Source: Candidatus Heimdallarchaeota archaeon (GTDB taxonomy: Archaea; Asgardarchaeota; Heimdallarchaeia; Heimdallarchaeales; Heimdallarchaeaceae). From it: a stretch of DNA of 32,000 bases. Location: assembly GCA_030668875.1 (NCBI GenBank), contig DAOVER010000010.1, positions 1 to 32,000 of the forward strand, given 5' to 3'. Position numbers and translations under genes: made by a program. Below the pieces are notes generated by a model. The model was not told where the DNA came from. It did not search any database and saw nothing but the letters and a program-made list of their open reading frames with translations. Below, piece by piece: positions 8,466 through 16,821 of the stretch (position 1 is its first letter; each line of letters starts with the position of its first letter).

Positions 8466-10583
8466 ATGGATGATTACCATACTAAGACTAATTTGTTTGA
8501 ATTCCTCAAATTATTACAGAGAGGAGAGTTTAAGGAAATTAAAGGAGTTCTTGAAATCATTCAAGGTCTTAGCAAAATCATTGAAAAAACACTTAGCCCT
8601 TCTCTTGTACTCATTAACTTCTACGATCAAGAGACCCAGCTACTTATTCCTTTTTCAGTATCTGGTGCAGATGTAAAGAAGGAAGAATTAGAGTTTGAAA
8701 TGGATCCATTTGAAAGCGATAATCCTTACTCAGATATTTTTACTTCATCTAAGCCAATCTGGGTCCAAGTGGATTCACTTTCAGAGGAATTTGAACTAAA
8801 AATAAAACTCACTGAAAAAGGCATTAAAGAAGCGATAATTACACCATTAATATATGATGATTCAATCATAATAGGTACGCTCACAACCTTTCTATTTCCT
8901 GAAACTAAGAAATATAATGAGGAATATTATTTTGAAATAATTAATGGTGTTTCCCACACAATATCATCATTAATATCTTCTTGGGTTGAAGAATACAGTT
9001 CCTTCCTTAAACAGCAACAAACCGAACTTATTGTCGAGATGTCTAATCTCACATTAGAAACAACTGAAGTTAAAATTATTCTCAACAATATTCTCCCCGA
9101 AGTTAAGAAGAGAACAGATATTGAGAGTATAGGCGTTTTTATCAAAGACATTGACCATTTTGCACTTATTCAGCATATTGGTTTAAATGAGGATATTGTC
9201 AGTTATTATTCCAAGCCCAATTTTGAGATATCTAATTTGTCGTACTTCAACACATCAAACAAAATAGAGGATGTAGATTTTTCAATCTATCCTGAACAAT
9301 TTGGTGTTATACTCCCAATTGGTTCAACAAATATTATGCTTGGATTTCTTCTAATATTATCACCTTCCAAGGAGAACCTATTAGAAGCCAACATTCATTT
9401 CCTTAGAATCTTAGCAAATCAACTTTTTCTCACCCTCCAACGTAAAAGATTGCTTGATGATATTCAGCAAATAACACAAACCTCTGAATATTCTTCTTTT
9501 CCTATCTTGCTTGTTAACAACAAAAATGAGATATTATACCTTAACAAACAAGCTGAAAAAACTTTCAATCTAAGTCATGACGAAGTTATAGGACTGAAAC
9601 TGGATTATTCCTTAAAATTACAAGAAGAAAAAGCAATCCTAATTCGAGATAAAATAAGCGATGTAATAACTAATATTGCTAAAGGAACAATGAAATTAGA
9701 CATTGAAGTAGCTCAATTGGGTAAGTTAGATGCCCGAACGTTCTTTGTTCAACTATCACCTACAATAAACAATCTTACAGGAGAATATTGTGTAGCATTG
9801 TCTCTTGTTGACATATCTGAAGCAACAAAGCTTCAATCAATTGCAGAAGAGTATTCAAATAGATCACGAATGTATCTGAATGTACTTACACATGACATTT
9901 ACAACATACTCTTCGGTATTTCTGGTTACTATGAATTATTAGATGACAAAGGTTCTCCAGAAGAGAATCAAGTTATTCAACGAGTAAGCACCCTTGTAAA
10001 AAGAGGAACAGCCATAGTTCAAGATATTAGATTACTCTCAAGTGTACTGGATATCTCAACGAGCTCAGAAAGAATGTTCATCCCACTGAAAATGACAATT
10101 GAACGAGTCATAACAAAAATTAAGGAAGAATTTGAAGACAAGGAAATTGACATCACTAATGTTCTTCCAACAGAAATGCGAGTAGTTGCGGGTGTTTTTC
10201 TTTACGAACTATTTCTCTATACTCTTACAAGTTTGATTCAACAATCTTCAAATAATGAAGTGAAAATTGAGATTTTGGGTGAGCAATCTTACATTGAAGA
10301 TGAGCCGTTTGTGAAGGTTAAAATCATTGATAGGGAAGGAACACATCCTGAAATAAGAGAAGAAATTAGAAGAGCTCTCAGTTTATCACCTTTTGACGAA
10401 ACTGTTCGTAAACATCTTGGATTTATGATTGTAAATGAAATAGCTAAAAAATACAACTATTCAGTCAAGATGATAGAAATAGATGAAAAAGACTGGAAAA
10501 AAGGATCAATTTTTGAAATTACAATGCCAATTCTAATTGAATCAGAAAAGGAAGAAATGAAAAAAAGTTCTACAACCGGGTAA
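8466..10583 (+). CDS. GAF-GAF-PAS sensor histidine-kinase-like protein with a degenerate HATPase domain
   Basis: GAF-like EAIITPLIYDDSIIIGTL and VILPIG...LGFLLI; PAS ILLVNNKNEILYLNKQAE; H-box VLTHDIYNILFGISGYYELL. Confidence 0.8.
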   Translation: MDDYHTKTNLFEFLKLLQRGEFKEIKGVLEIIQGLSKIIEKTLSPSLVLINFYDQETQLLIPFSVSGADVKKEELEFEMDPFESDNPYSDIFTSSKPIWVQVDSLSEEFELKIKLTEKGIKEAIITPLIYDDSIIIGTLTTFLFPETKKYNEEYYFEIINGVSHTISSLISSWVEEYSSFLKQQQTELIVEMSNLTLETTEVKIILNNILPEVKKRTDIESIGVFIKDIDHFALIQHIGLNEDIVSYYSKPNFEISNLSYFNTSNKIEDVDFSIYPEQFGVILPIGSTNIMLGFLLILSPSKENLLEANIHFLRILANQLFLTLQRKRLLDDIQQITQTSEYSSFPILLVNNKNEILYLNKQAEKTFNLSHDEVIGLKLDYSLKLQEEKAILIRDKISDVITNIAKGTMKLDIEVAQLGKLDARTFFVQLSPTINNLTGEYCVALSLVDISEATKLQSIAEEYSNRSRMYLNVLTHDIYNILFGISGYYELLDDKGSPEENQVIQRVSTLVKRGTAIVQDIRLLSSVLDISTSSERMFIPLKMTIERVITKIKEEFEDKEIDITNVLPTEMRVVAGVFLYELFLYTLTSLIQQSSNNEVKIEILGEQSYIEDEPFVKVKIIDREGTHPEIREEIRRALSLSPFDETVRKHLGFMIVNEIAKKYNYSVKMIEIDEKDWKKGSIFEITMPILIESEKEEMKKSSTTG

Positions 10584-10839
10584 CAAAGGTCATTTGAATA
10601 GATGAAATTTCCTCTAATGAATTCAATAATTCTTCAAGTTTATCTTGAGCACCATCTTCCTCAGGTATGATGAATTGCCCGATTATACCGACCATACCAA
10701 AAAATAATGGTTTTTCTTCAGGATTATCTTGCATTTGGAATTTTGGATCTAGACTATTTCTTATTTCTTCTTCGAGTTTCTTTGGAGTTACATCGACAGA
10801 TTCAGGACGAATCTCGTAAACTAATAATACTTTACCCAT
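10570..10839 (-). CDS. ef1b: Translation elongation factor aEF-1beta
   Basis: MGKVLLVYEIRPES..EEKPLFFGM..IIPEEDG..DKLEE. The ATG at 10839 follows a GAGGTG SD (the ORF track starts at 10848). Confidence 0.93.
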   Translation of the reverse strand: MGKVLLVYEIRPESVDVTPKKLEEEIRNSLDPKFQMQDNPEEKPLFFGMVGIIGQFIIPEEDGAQDKLEELLNSLEEISSIQMTFVTRL

Positions 10840-10851
10840 TATGAACACCTC

Positions 10852-11043
10852 TTATGGACCTTTGAAGCCGCATTTTGGACAGAGATATTCATTTCCAAAA
10901 AGCCTACATTTTTGACAGCGTACAATTATTACATCATTACAGTTAGGGCACGAAAAGCGTGTAGTTCCTTCTTCACTAGGACTAATGGTTTTGTTACAGC
11001 TTGTGCATCTAGGCATATCAATCATTTTACTCATAGTCTTCAC
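10852..11043 (-). CDS. Small zinc-ribbon protein (DUF1610/HVO_2753-like), conserved next to aEF-1beta
   Basis: [29 protein letters not shown]. Confidence 0.88.
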   Translation of the reverse strand: MKTMSKMIDMPRCTSCNKTISPSEEGTTRFSCPNCNDVIIVRCQKCRLFGNEYLCPKCGFKGP

Positions 11044-11217
11044 TACTGTTATATCTATAGGATACGGATAGAAGGGTGTTTTAAGCTTTTTGACTTAAAC
11101 CATTTTCTGTTTTTCAATATGTTATTACAAAAAAATTATCATAAAGGTTATAATCATGACATGTCCATCTTAGTGTAGAAGAAATACAATACTCTGCATT
11201 GCAAAAGGACGATAAAT

Positions 11218-12375
11218 ATGAGCGGTTATTCTCCGACTTGGACAAACAAAGGTAGTGACAAATTACGAGCATTGCAAACTACAAAAATACTAATGAATAC
11301 ATTAAAACGAATAATATCATCGTTTGATATTACCAAAAAAGAAAATGAAGAAGCAATAATCTCTATCCTTGCTGATGTAATTTTCAATAATTTTACTCCA
11401 CATAGAGATCTAAGTATTGAAGATCAATTTGATTCATTAGTAGAATTCCTTGGTTGGAAAACTTTGAACATTGAGAAGAAGGAAGAAAGCGCGATAGTCA
11501 ATTTAGGTGCTAATCGATTTATTTCTTCAGAATCTACGGATCTCTCTTATCTCCTGATTGTTTCAGGTATAGTACGAGCTCTCGGATATTTTCTGTTTGA
11601 GTCAGATGTTATAGTTGAACAAATCCCTAGTCAATTTGAATCTCGGCAGATGCAGATTATTATACAAAAGATTGAACATCCAATACCCTCAGTTGGAGAA
11701 AAAATTATTGAAACTGAAACCAGTGCCTTGACGTACAAACCTATAGTGGATATGCAACAAAATATAATTCAATCAAGCAAACCACAACTTTCGACAGAGG
11801 AAGAGGAGATTAGATCCTCAATTGGATTAAATCTAGAAGATACATTCTCTCCAATCTTGAAAAATTATCCAATTACTAAGGTATTACCGATTTTTCATCA
11901 AGTATTAGCTGAAATAATTACTACTTTCTTTAGTGATATGGAGGATGCAAATGTAATAAAGGCTAAAGCTGAATTTACAGAGAATCACATATTATATCTT
12001 ATAGAAATCCTACTTACGAATATACGAGATGCTGACCAAAACATGCGAGAGATATCCTCAATGATTGGTCAATATGTCATTAAAACAATTAAAACTAATT
12101 CTGAAGATGATTTGTTAAAACATCTACCAGATGATATTACTTCAACAGTATCCCGCCGAGTTGCATATGTTGAATTTTCTGCTAGAAGCTATTGTACATA
12201 TGCTCCTGGAGAGAAATGTGTCGAAGGAAAAAGGGATTTGTGTGATTTTGTTCTTTATATGTGGGAGGGGATGTTAGAAAACCTCCTGCCAGATAAAATA
12301 TTTACAATTGGAGAGCGAATTCCTGCAACTCGAAGAGGTAAATTCTGCTTAGTTGAATTTCTAAAGGGTAAATAG
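11218..12375 (+). CDS. Hypothetical protein with two V4R/TRAPP(Bet3)-like domains
   Basis: Domain 1: LGW...IVSGIVRALGYFLFESDVIVE..MQIIIQ. Domain 2: YC..C....LCDFV..WEGMLENLL..RGKFCLVEF. Fold call made by eye. Confidence 0.5.
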   Translation: MSGYSPTWTNKGSDKLRALQTTKILMNTLKRIISSFDITKKENEEAIISILADVIFNNFTPHRDLSIEDQFDSLVEFLGWKTLNIEKKEESAIVNLGANRFISSESTDLSYLLIVSGIVRALGYFLFESDVIVEQIPSQFESRQMQIIIQKIEHPIPSVGEKIIETETSALTYKPIVDMQQNIIQSSKPQLSTEEEEIRSSIGLNLEDTFSPILKNYPITKVLPIFHQVLAEIITTFFSDMEDANVIKAKAEFTENHILYLIEILLTNIRDADQNMREISSMIGQYVIKTIKTNSEDDLLKHLPDDITSTVSRRVAYVEFSARSYCTYAPGEKCVEGKRDLCDFVLYMWEGMLENLLPDKIFTIGERIPATRRGKFCLVEFLKGK

Positions 12376-12395
12376 TAAAAAACATTTTTCCCATC
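12265..12395 (+). repeat. 131-bp direct repeat, copy 1 (3' end of the V4R-like gene plus downstream)
   Basis: Ungapped match to 12989-13119 with 11 mismatches by manual count. Confidence 0.95.
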
Positions 12396-12399
12396 TAGG

Positions 12400-12720
12400 T
12401 TTGTTGTTATCCAATCAAGTATCCCGTATTTGTATATGTAAAAATCGAACTGTGCTTGTTTAATTAAGTGTTTATTCTTGGAAAAAGTTTAATGTCCCTA
12501 TTATTGGTATTATTTCAAAATCAGCAAATTTGTGTGCATATCCTTCTTCTTTTGGCTCTGCTTTTACTCCTTTTTCCATCACTCTTTACCATTTGAATCG
12601 CCACTTTAACGTACTTTCTTGTACATTTAAGCCTTGTGTGGCAAAATTATCTGTGGGGCAGTGAAAGTAAAGAGATTTGCAGTTTGAAGTTTTCAGTTCT
12701 TCTTAATGTGTTTTTTTCAT
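12400..12720 (-). pseudogene. Decayed ORF of unknown family
   Basis: ATG at 12720 reads MKKTH*EELK..RFKW*RVMEKGVKAEPKEEGYAHKFADFEIIPIIG, with in-frame stops and protein-like codon usage. Confidence 0.35.
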
Positions 12721-12800
12721 TCAAATAAAAGTATTATAACAGGAAGTTCAAAATTTACCAGAAACATTTAATTTACGTAATAAACATTTATGTGATAATC

Positions 12801-13099
12801 ATGATAGGACAAGGACAAGTACCAGTTATATTTTGAAAGAAGGTACTGTAAGAGTCACAGGTCGAGATGCTCAAAGAAACAATATCACAACTGCTTCTAT
12901 TATTACAGACACTATTAAGAGCACTCTGGGGTCCAAAGGTGTGGACAAATTATTAGTTTATAGTCTTGGAAATATCTAAATTTCCAATGAAGGAATGTTA
13001 CAAAACCTCCTGCCAGATAAAACATTTACAATTGGAGAGCGAATTCCTGCAACTCGAAGAGGTAAATTCTGCTTAGTTGAATTTCTTAAGGGTGAATAA
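12801..13099 (+). pseudogene. Thermosome (group II chaperonin) 5' fragment fused to the duplicated 3' end of the V4R-like gene
   Basis: [10 protein letters not shown]/(frameshift ~12831)[44 protein letters not shown] matches the thermosome N-terminus (..LGPKGMDKMLVD..G..ITNDG). TAA at 12977-12979. Confidence 0.88.
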
Positions 13100-13119
13100 A
13101 GGAAAACATTTTTTCCATC
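12989..13119 (+). repeat. 131-bp direct repeat, copy 2
   Basis: Offset 724 bp from copy 1. Confidence 0.95.
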
Positions 13120-13219
13120 CATTTTTAGTAACCTTTAAAATATAAACTGTCCATTGTGGGAGTAGATATATTCGAAAAGAATTTAGTAATGCTGAATTTA
13201 AACAATTGAGAGTGATAAT

Positions 13220-13684
13220 ATGGGAAGACGAGTTGTAAAAAAAGTCTATAGAGACACTTATGCAAGAGGACAAAGAGATGACAAAGAATTTGACAACAGG
13301 TATATAGTCAAAATCGAGTTAATATCAATAAAAGTCTTAGAAGATCGAGATTTGTTTGGAAACGAATCTGAGTTGTACTTCCGTGTGGGACGAAGACCTG
13401 CTTTTAGTGGAAGAATTCCAAATAGAGGCACAATAAACATGGAAAAGAATGAGCTTTGGAAACCCCCAGAAGGGCTTACACTATATACAGAATTTGTAAC
13501 AATGTCTCATGGTGGTGTTATTGGTGTTCCTTTCCATCTCTTTGAACGTGATCCTGGAAAGAATGATGATGAAATTATTAATATTGAATTATCAGTTCCT
13601 CTCGGTTCATCAGACTACCAGGTAATAACACAAAACTCTGTCAAAATAAAACTAAAGCTATCAGGTCTTAAAACAAGATATTAG
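13220..13684 (+). CDS. Hypothetical protein, C2-domain-like beta-sandwich
   Basis: IVKIELISIKVLEDRDLFGNESELYFRV and FHLFERDPGKNDDEII resemble C2 Ca-binding loops 1 and 3. Confidence 0.5.
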   Translation: MGRRVVKKVYRDTYARGQRDDKEFDNRYIVKIELISIKVLEDRDLFGNESELYFRVGRRPAFSGRIPNRGTINMEKNELWKPPEGLTLYTEFVTMSHGGVIGVPFHLFERDPGKNDDEIINIELSVPLGSSDYQVITQNSVKIKLKLSGLKTRY

Positions 13685-14916
13685 TTTTTTTTGAATAAAA
13701 ATCTCATACCTGTACCCAGAAGAAATGGCCACAACCTAAGGTTGAAAATCATGCGAAAAACAATCTTTGCTTGGTTATCAACATCTCCAAATCGTGAGAT
13801 CTTCTTTTTTATTTTTGGTTTATTTAATAAATTGAACAGTTTTTCAACGTGCTCATCTTTAAGAGAATTCAGATAATTTCTCACTAATTTCATTACATCC
13901 AGATTCCTTCTAAATTCCTTCCTCCATCTTTTCTCATATTCAGACAAGAATTTGGATGAAAAGTCTGCATTTTTTATTGCTTGGCTTGAGATATTGCCTG
14001 CAATTTTTGCAGCTATACCACCAAAGATTACACCGCCTCCAGTTGTGGGTTTAGTCTGTCCTGCAGCATCTCCAACAACAAGTACATTATCAGCATAAGT
14101 TCTTTTAATATAAGACCCAATCGGAATAACGCCACTCATTCGTTTTTCAATTGTTGCTGAAGATAATTTCTGTTTAATAATAGGGTGTGAGTTAATTAGA
14201 TTTTCAAGAGACTTACCAGCAGGAGGATTAGTAACTCCTAGCCCAACTTTCGCTCTTTTTTCATCTATGGGGATAATCCAACCAAAAAAACCTGGCACTA
14301 AATTATTGCTCTGATAAATTTCCACAAATTCTCTCTCGATATCTTTTACTCCAGACATGATAAATTGAGAGGCATACACAATATTATTACGTGATGGACT
14401 AGGTAGGTTGAATTTTTCATTTAAAGCGGGGAATCTACCTTCAGCGAGTATAACCATTTTAGATTTGATTTTTTGTGTTGTATTTCTTTTACCAAGAATA
14501 TACTTCAGATGATTATTGGTTCTTTTAATATTAAGAACTCTGGAAGAAGTTCGTATCTTCACACCTAGTTCAATTGCTTGAGAAGACAAATGAGAGTCAA
14601 AGCCAGCTCTATCCACAACCCAAGCAGTGGGTTTATTCTTTTCTACAACAATTAGTTCACCTTTTGGTGAATAAATTTTAGAGCCTCGAATGTCTTTGTT
14701 TTGAATTACAGTAGGAGGCAAATTAAGGAGATTAAGGGATTTTAAGCCATCGATGCTGAGCAGACCTGCACAATGTTCATGACGACCAATTACTTTTTTT
14801 GATTCAAGTAATGTAACTCCCACGCCCTTCTTTGATGCAGAAATTGCTGAGAGTAGACCGGCAGGACCGCCTCCAACCACCACTAAATCATCTTCTGACT
14901 CAATCACATGAAACAA
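13681..14916 (-). CDS. Geranylgeranyl reductase family flavoprotein (DGGGPL reductase-like)
   Basis: DLVVVGGGPAG, CAG, VVDRAGFD, GFFGWIIP, VGDAAGQTKPTTGGGV motifs. Confidence 0.92.
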   Translation of the reverse strand: MFHVIESEDDLVVVGGGPAGLLSAISASKKGVGVTLLESKKVIGRHEHCAGLLSIDGLKSLNLLNLPPTVIQNKDIRGSKIYSPKGELIVVEKNKPTAWVVDRAGFDSHLSSQAIELGVKIRTSSRVLNIKRTNNHLKYILGKRNTTQKIKSKMVILAEGRFPALNEKFNLPSPSRNNIVYASQFIMSGVKDIEREFVEIYQSNNLVPGFFGWIIPIDEKRAKVGLGVTNPPAGKSLENLINSHPIIKQKLSSATIEKRMSGVIPIGSYIKRTYADNVLVVGDAAGQTKPTTGGGVIFGGIAAKIAGNISSQAIKNADFSSKFLSEYEKRWRKEFRRNLDVMKLVRNYLNSLKDEHVEKLFNLLNKPKIKKKISRFGDVDNQAKIVFRMIFNLRLWPFLLGTGMRFLFKKN

Positions 14917-14993
14917 AGACCATGACTAGTTTAAAATAGTATGGAAAATAGCAATAATGATTTTTAACTTCTTTAAATTCCAGATTCTAGTTT

Positions 14994-15260
14994 CTACAAT
15001 GCACCTGATTTTGATAAATATTCTCTCAATTTTAGATTTTTTCCAGTTTTGATATTTTCTCGGATAATGTGTTTTTCAAGAGATTTAAGTAAGAATGTTG
15101 AGTCACTTTTTGATTGGAAAGATGATCTAATGACCATTAAAATTTTGCCACAATCAGTACAGATTATCTCCTTTGTCGAAAATTCTTCGTTTTCAGCATC
15201 GAAAACGGTTACATATCTTTGACATCTGGAACAATATATAGTGTCTATCTCATATAGCAT
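14994..15260 (-). CDS. Small zinc-finger protein (CxxC...CxxC)
   Basis: YCSRCQRY..IICTDCGKIL; ATG at 15260 follows GGTGA (the ORF track starts at 15269). Confidence 0.65.
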   Translation of the reverse strand: MLYEIDTIYCSRCQRYVTVFDAENEEFSTKEIICTDCGKILMVIRSSFQSKSDSTFLLKSLEKHIIRENIKTGKNLKLREYLSKSGAL

Positions 15261-15428
15261 TTTTCTCACCCATTTATCTATATTTGTACCTATTTCTTAT
15301 TTTAACATAGACATTCACATTTAAAGGAAAAGTATTATGCAAATAGATATGTGGGAAATATATTATATTTATAAAGAACTTAAAAACAAACTTGCTTTCT
15401 GAAAACTTTTTTGATTCTAGGTGTGTAA

Positions 15429-16115
15429 TTAAGTTTCAATTTTTCTCAAATATTTCTTCTGTTTTTCATCTAAACGTCTCATTCTCAGTAAACCTTCATA
15501 GTACCAACACACGATTGTTCGGTTCATGTTTTTTACATTCTTTTGATGAACTTTGTCGTCATTTTCAAACCTTCGTAAAAAAAGATGTTTATCTGAAGAA
15601 AAAAGTGTTATCTCTTCGGTATGATTAGCTCGCTTGAATCTAAATGTCTTACATTTCTCATTTTGTTTTGAGTCAACTCGATGTCGGAAAGCTTTTTTCC
15701 CATATATTTTAACATACTCACTTATTTTATTGATTATAGCATCAAGAGGCATGTATCCTATCTGTTTTTCCTCTTGTGTGATCTTATCAAAATCTAACTT
15801 TATTTCATCAATCTCTATCAGATTCTCAATTAGTTTTGTTTCAATGATTGCTCCCCTATCTTCAAAAACCTCCCACTTCAATTTATGATCGGAATCAGAT
15901 TGACCATCACCATAATAATAGATTGATTCAGTTTGAGGACTATAGGTAACCTTCATTACACCATCAGGATATATTTTTTCTTTTACCTTATTCGAGATAG
16001 TAACACCATTTTCTTCAGATATTTTTCTATAGGCTGTTTGATATCCTTCAGTAATATCTATCTGTTCAAAGCTTTCTGAAGGTTTATTCTCGTCATTTTT
16101 ACCTACACGCAGCAT
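15429..16115 (-). CDS. Hypothetical protein
   Basis: Long ORF with host-like composition. Probable ATG at 16115 (MLRVGK); the ORF is open to 16190. No recognisable motif. Confidence 0.6.
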   Translation of the reverse strand: MLRVGKNDENKPSESFEQIDITEGYQTAYRKISEENGVTISNKVKEKIYPDGVMKVTYSPQTESIYYYGDGQSDSDHKLKWEVFEDRGAIIETKLIENLIEIDEIKLDFDKITQEEKQIGYMPLDAIINKISEYVKIYGKKAFRHRVDSKQNEKCKTFRFKRANHTEEITLFSSDKHLFLRRFENDDKVHQKNVKNMNRTIVCWYYEGLLRMRRLDEKQKKYLRKIET

Positions 16116-16406
16116 TTTCTTTCCTCTTGTAATCTTACTGTTAACTATGAATAAGTCTGAAAGAAATTGCGAACTTCTCTTCTTAAACAAGATTCAAGTG
16201 CTAATAACAGTAAAACTGCTTCATCAATAAAATGGATAAGTATTATCCACGCAATATCTACATGTTGAGTAAAGTGCTTATCTCTTCTCGACATTCACAA
16301 TTTCAAATATCTTTTTGCAATAAATTGCTGAGAGCACAAGTATCTTAGAAGCACTTACAAAAGCATGTAAAGTATCAAACACAAATCACAAAGCCTAATG
16401 GTAAGG

Positions 16407-16416
16407 TTTATAAATA
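16407..16416 (+). promoter_or_regulatory. Putative TATA box of the coiled-coil/ArsR operon
   Basis: TTTATAAATA about 55 nt upstream of ATG 16470. Confidence 0.5.
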
Positions 16417-16469
16417 CTTACAGAATATTGTATATTAACACACAAAAAGTGTAACAATAGGTGAGAAAC

Positions 16470-16592
16470 ATGAGACAAAGTGAAACGATAAGAACATTGG
16501 ATCAAGAGATCCGCAAGTTAAAAGATGAATTAAATCAACTTCAAAGAGCAAAAAGAGTGTTGAAAAGAAGATCAGAAGGAGTAGCAATTTAA
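16470..16592 (+). CDS. 40-aa coiled-coil micro-protein (missed by ORF track)
   Basis: AGGTGA SD at 16459-16464; MRQSETIRTLDQEIRKLKDELNQLQRAKRVLKRRSEGVAI*; its stop abuts the SD of the next gene. Confidence 0.72.
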   Translation: MRQSETIRTLDQEIRKLKDELNQLQRAKRVLKRRSEGVAI

Positions 16593-16602
16593 GGTGAGAA
16601 TC

Positions 16603-16806
16603 TTGAACCAACATGACTTTGAAAATGATTTTGATGAACACTTAGAAGAGTGGATGGTTGAGTTTAAGAGTTCCATGATGGAACTCAAAGAATCTATGAA
16701 AGAAATGGTTCTAGACTTAAAGGACACCATGAACGAGCTGAAATATGATCTAAAAGAAATATTTGACTCCAGCGAAATTTCCGAAGAGAGGGAGAGTATT
16801 TTTTAA
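16603..16806 (+). CDS. 67-aa acidic amphipathic/coiled-coil small protein
   Basis: AGGTGA SD at 16592-16597 then TTG 16603; periodic Met/Leu pattern FKSSMMELKESMKEMVLDLKDTMNELKYDLKEIF. Confidence 0.7.
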   Translation: MNQHDFENDFDEHLEEWMVEFKSSMMELKESMKEMVLDLKDTMNELKYDLKEIFDSSEISEERESIF

Positions 16807-16821
16807 TTAAGGTGAAATAAA

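Noticed and set aside
10570-10583. 14-bp convergent overlap of the kinase-like gene and aEF-1beta
   Set aside because: Short tail-to-tail overlaps are common in compact archaeal genomes.
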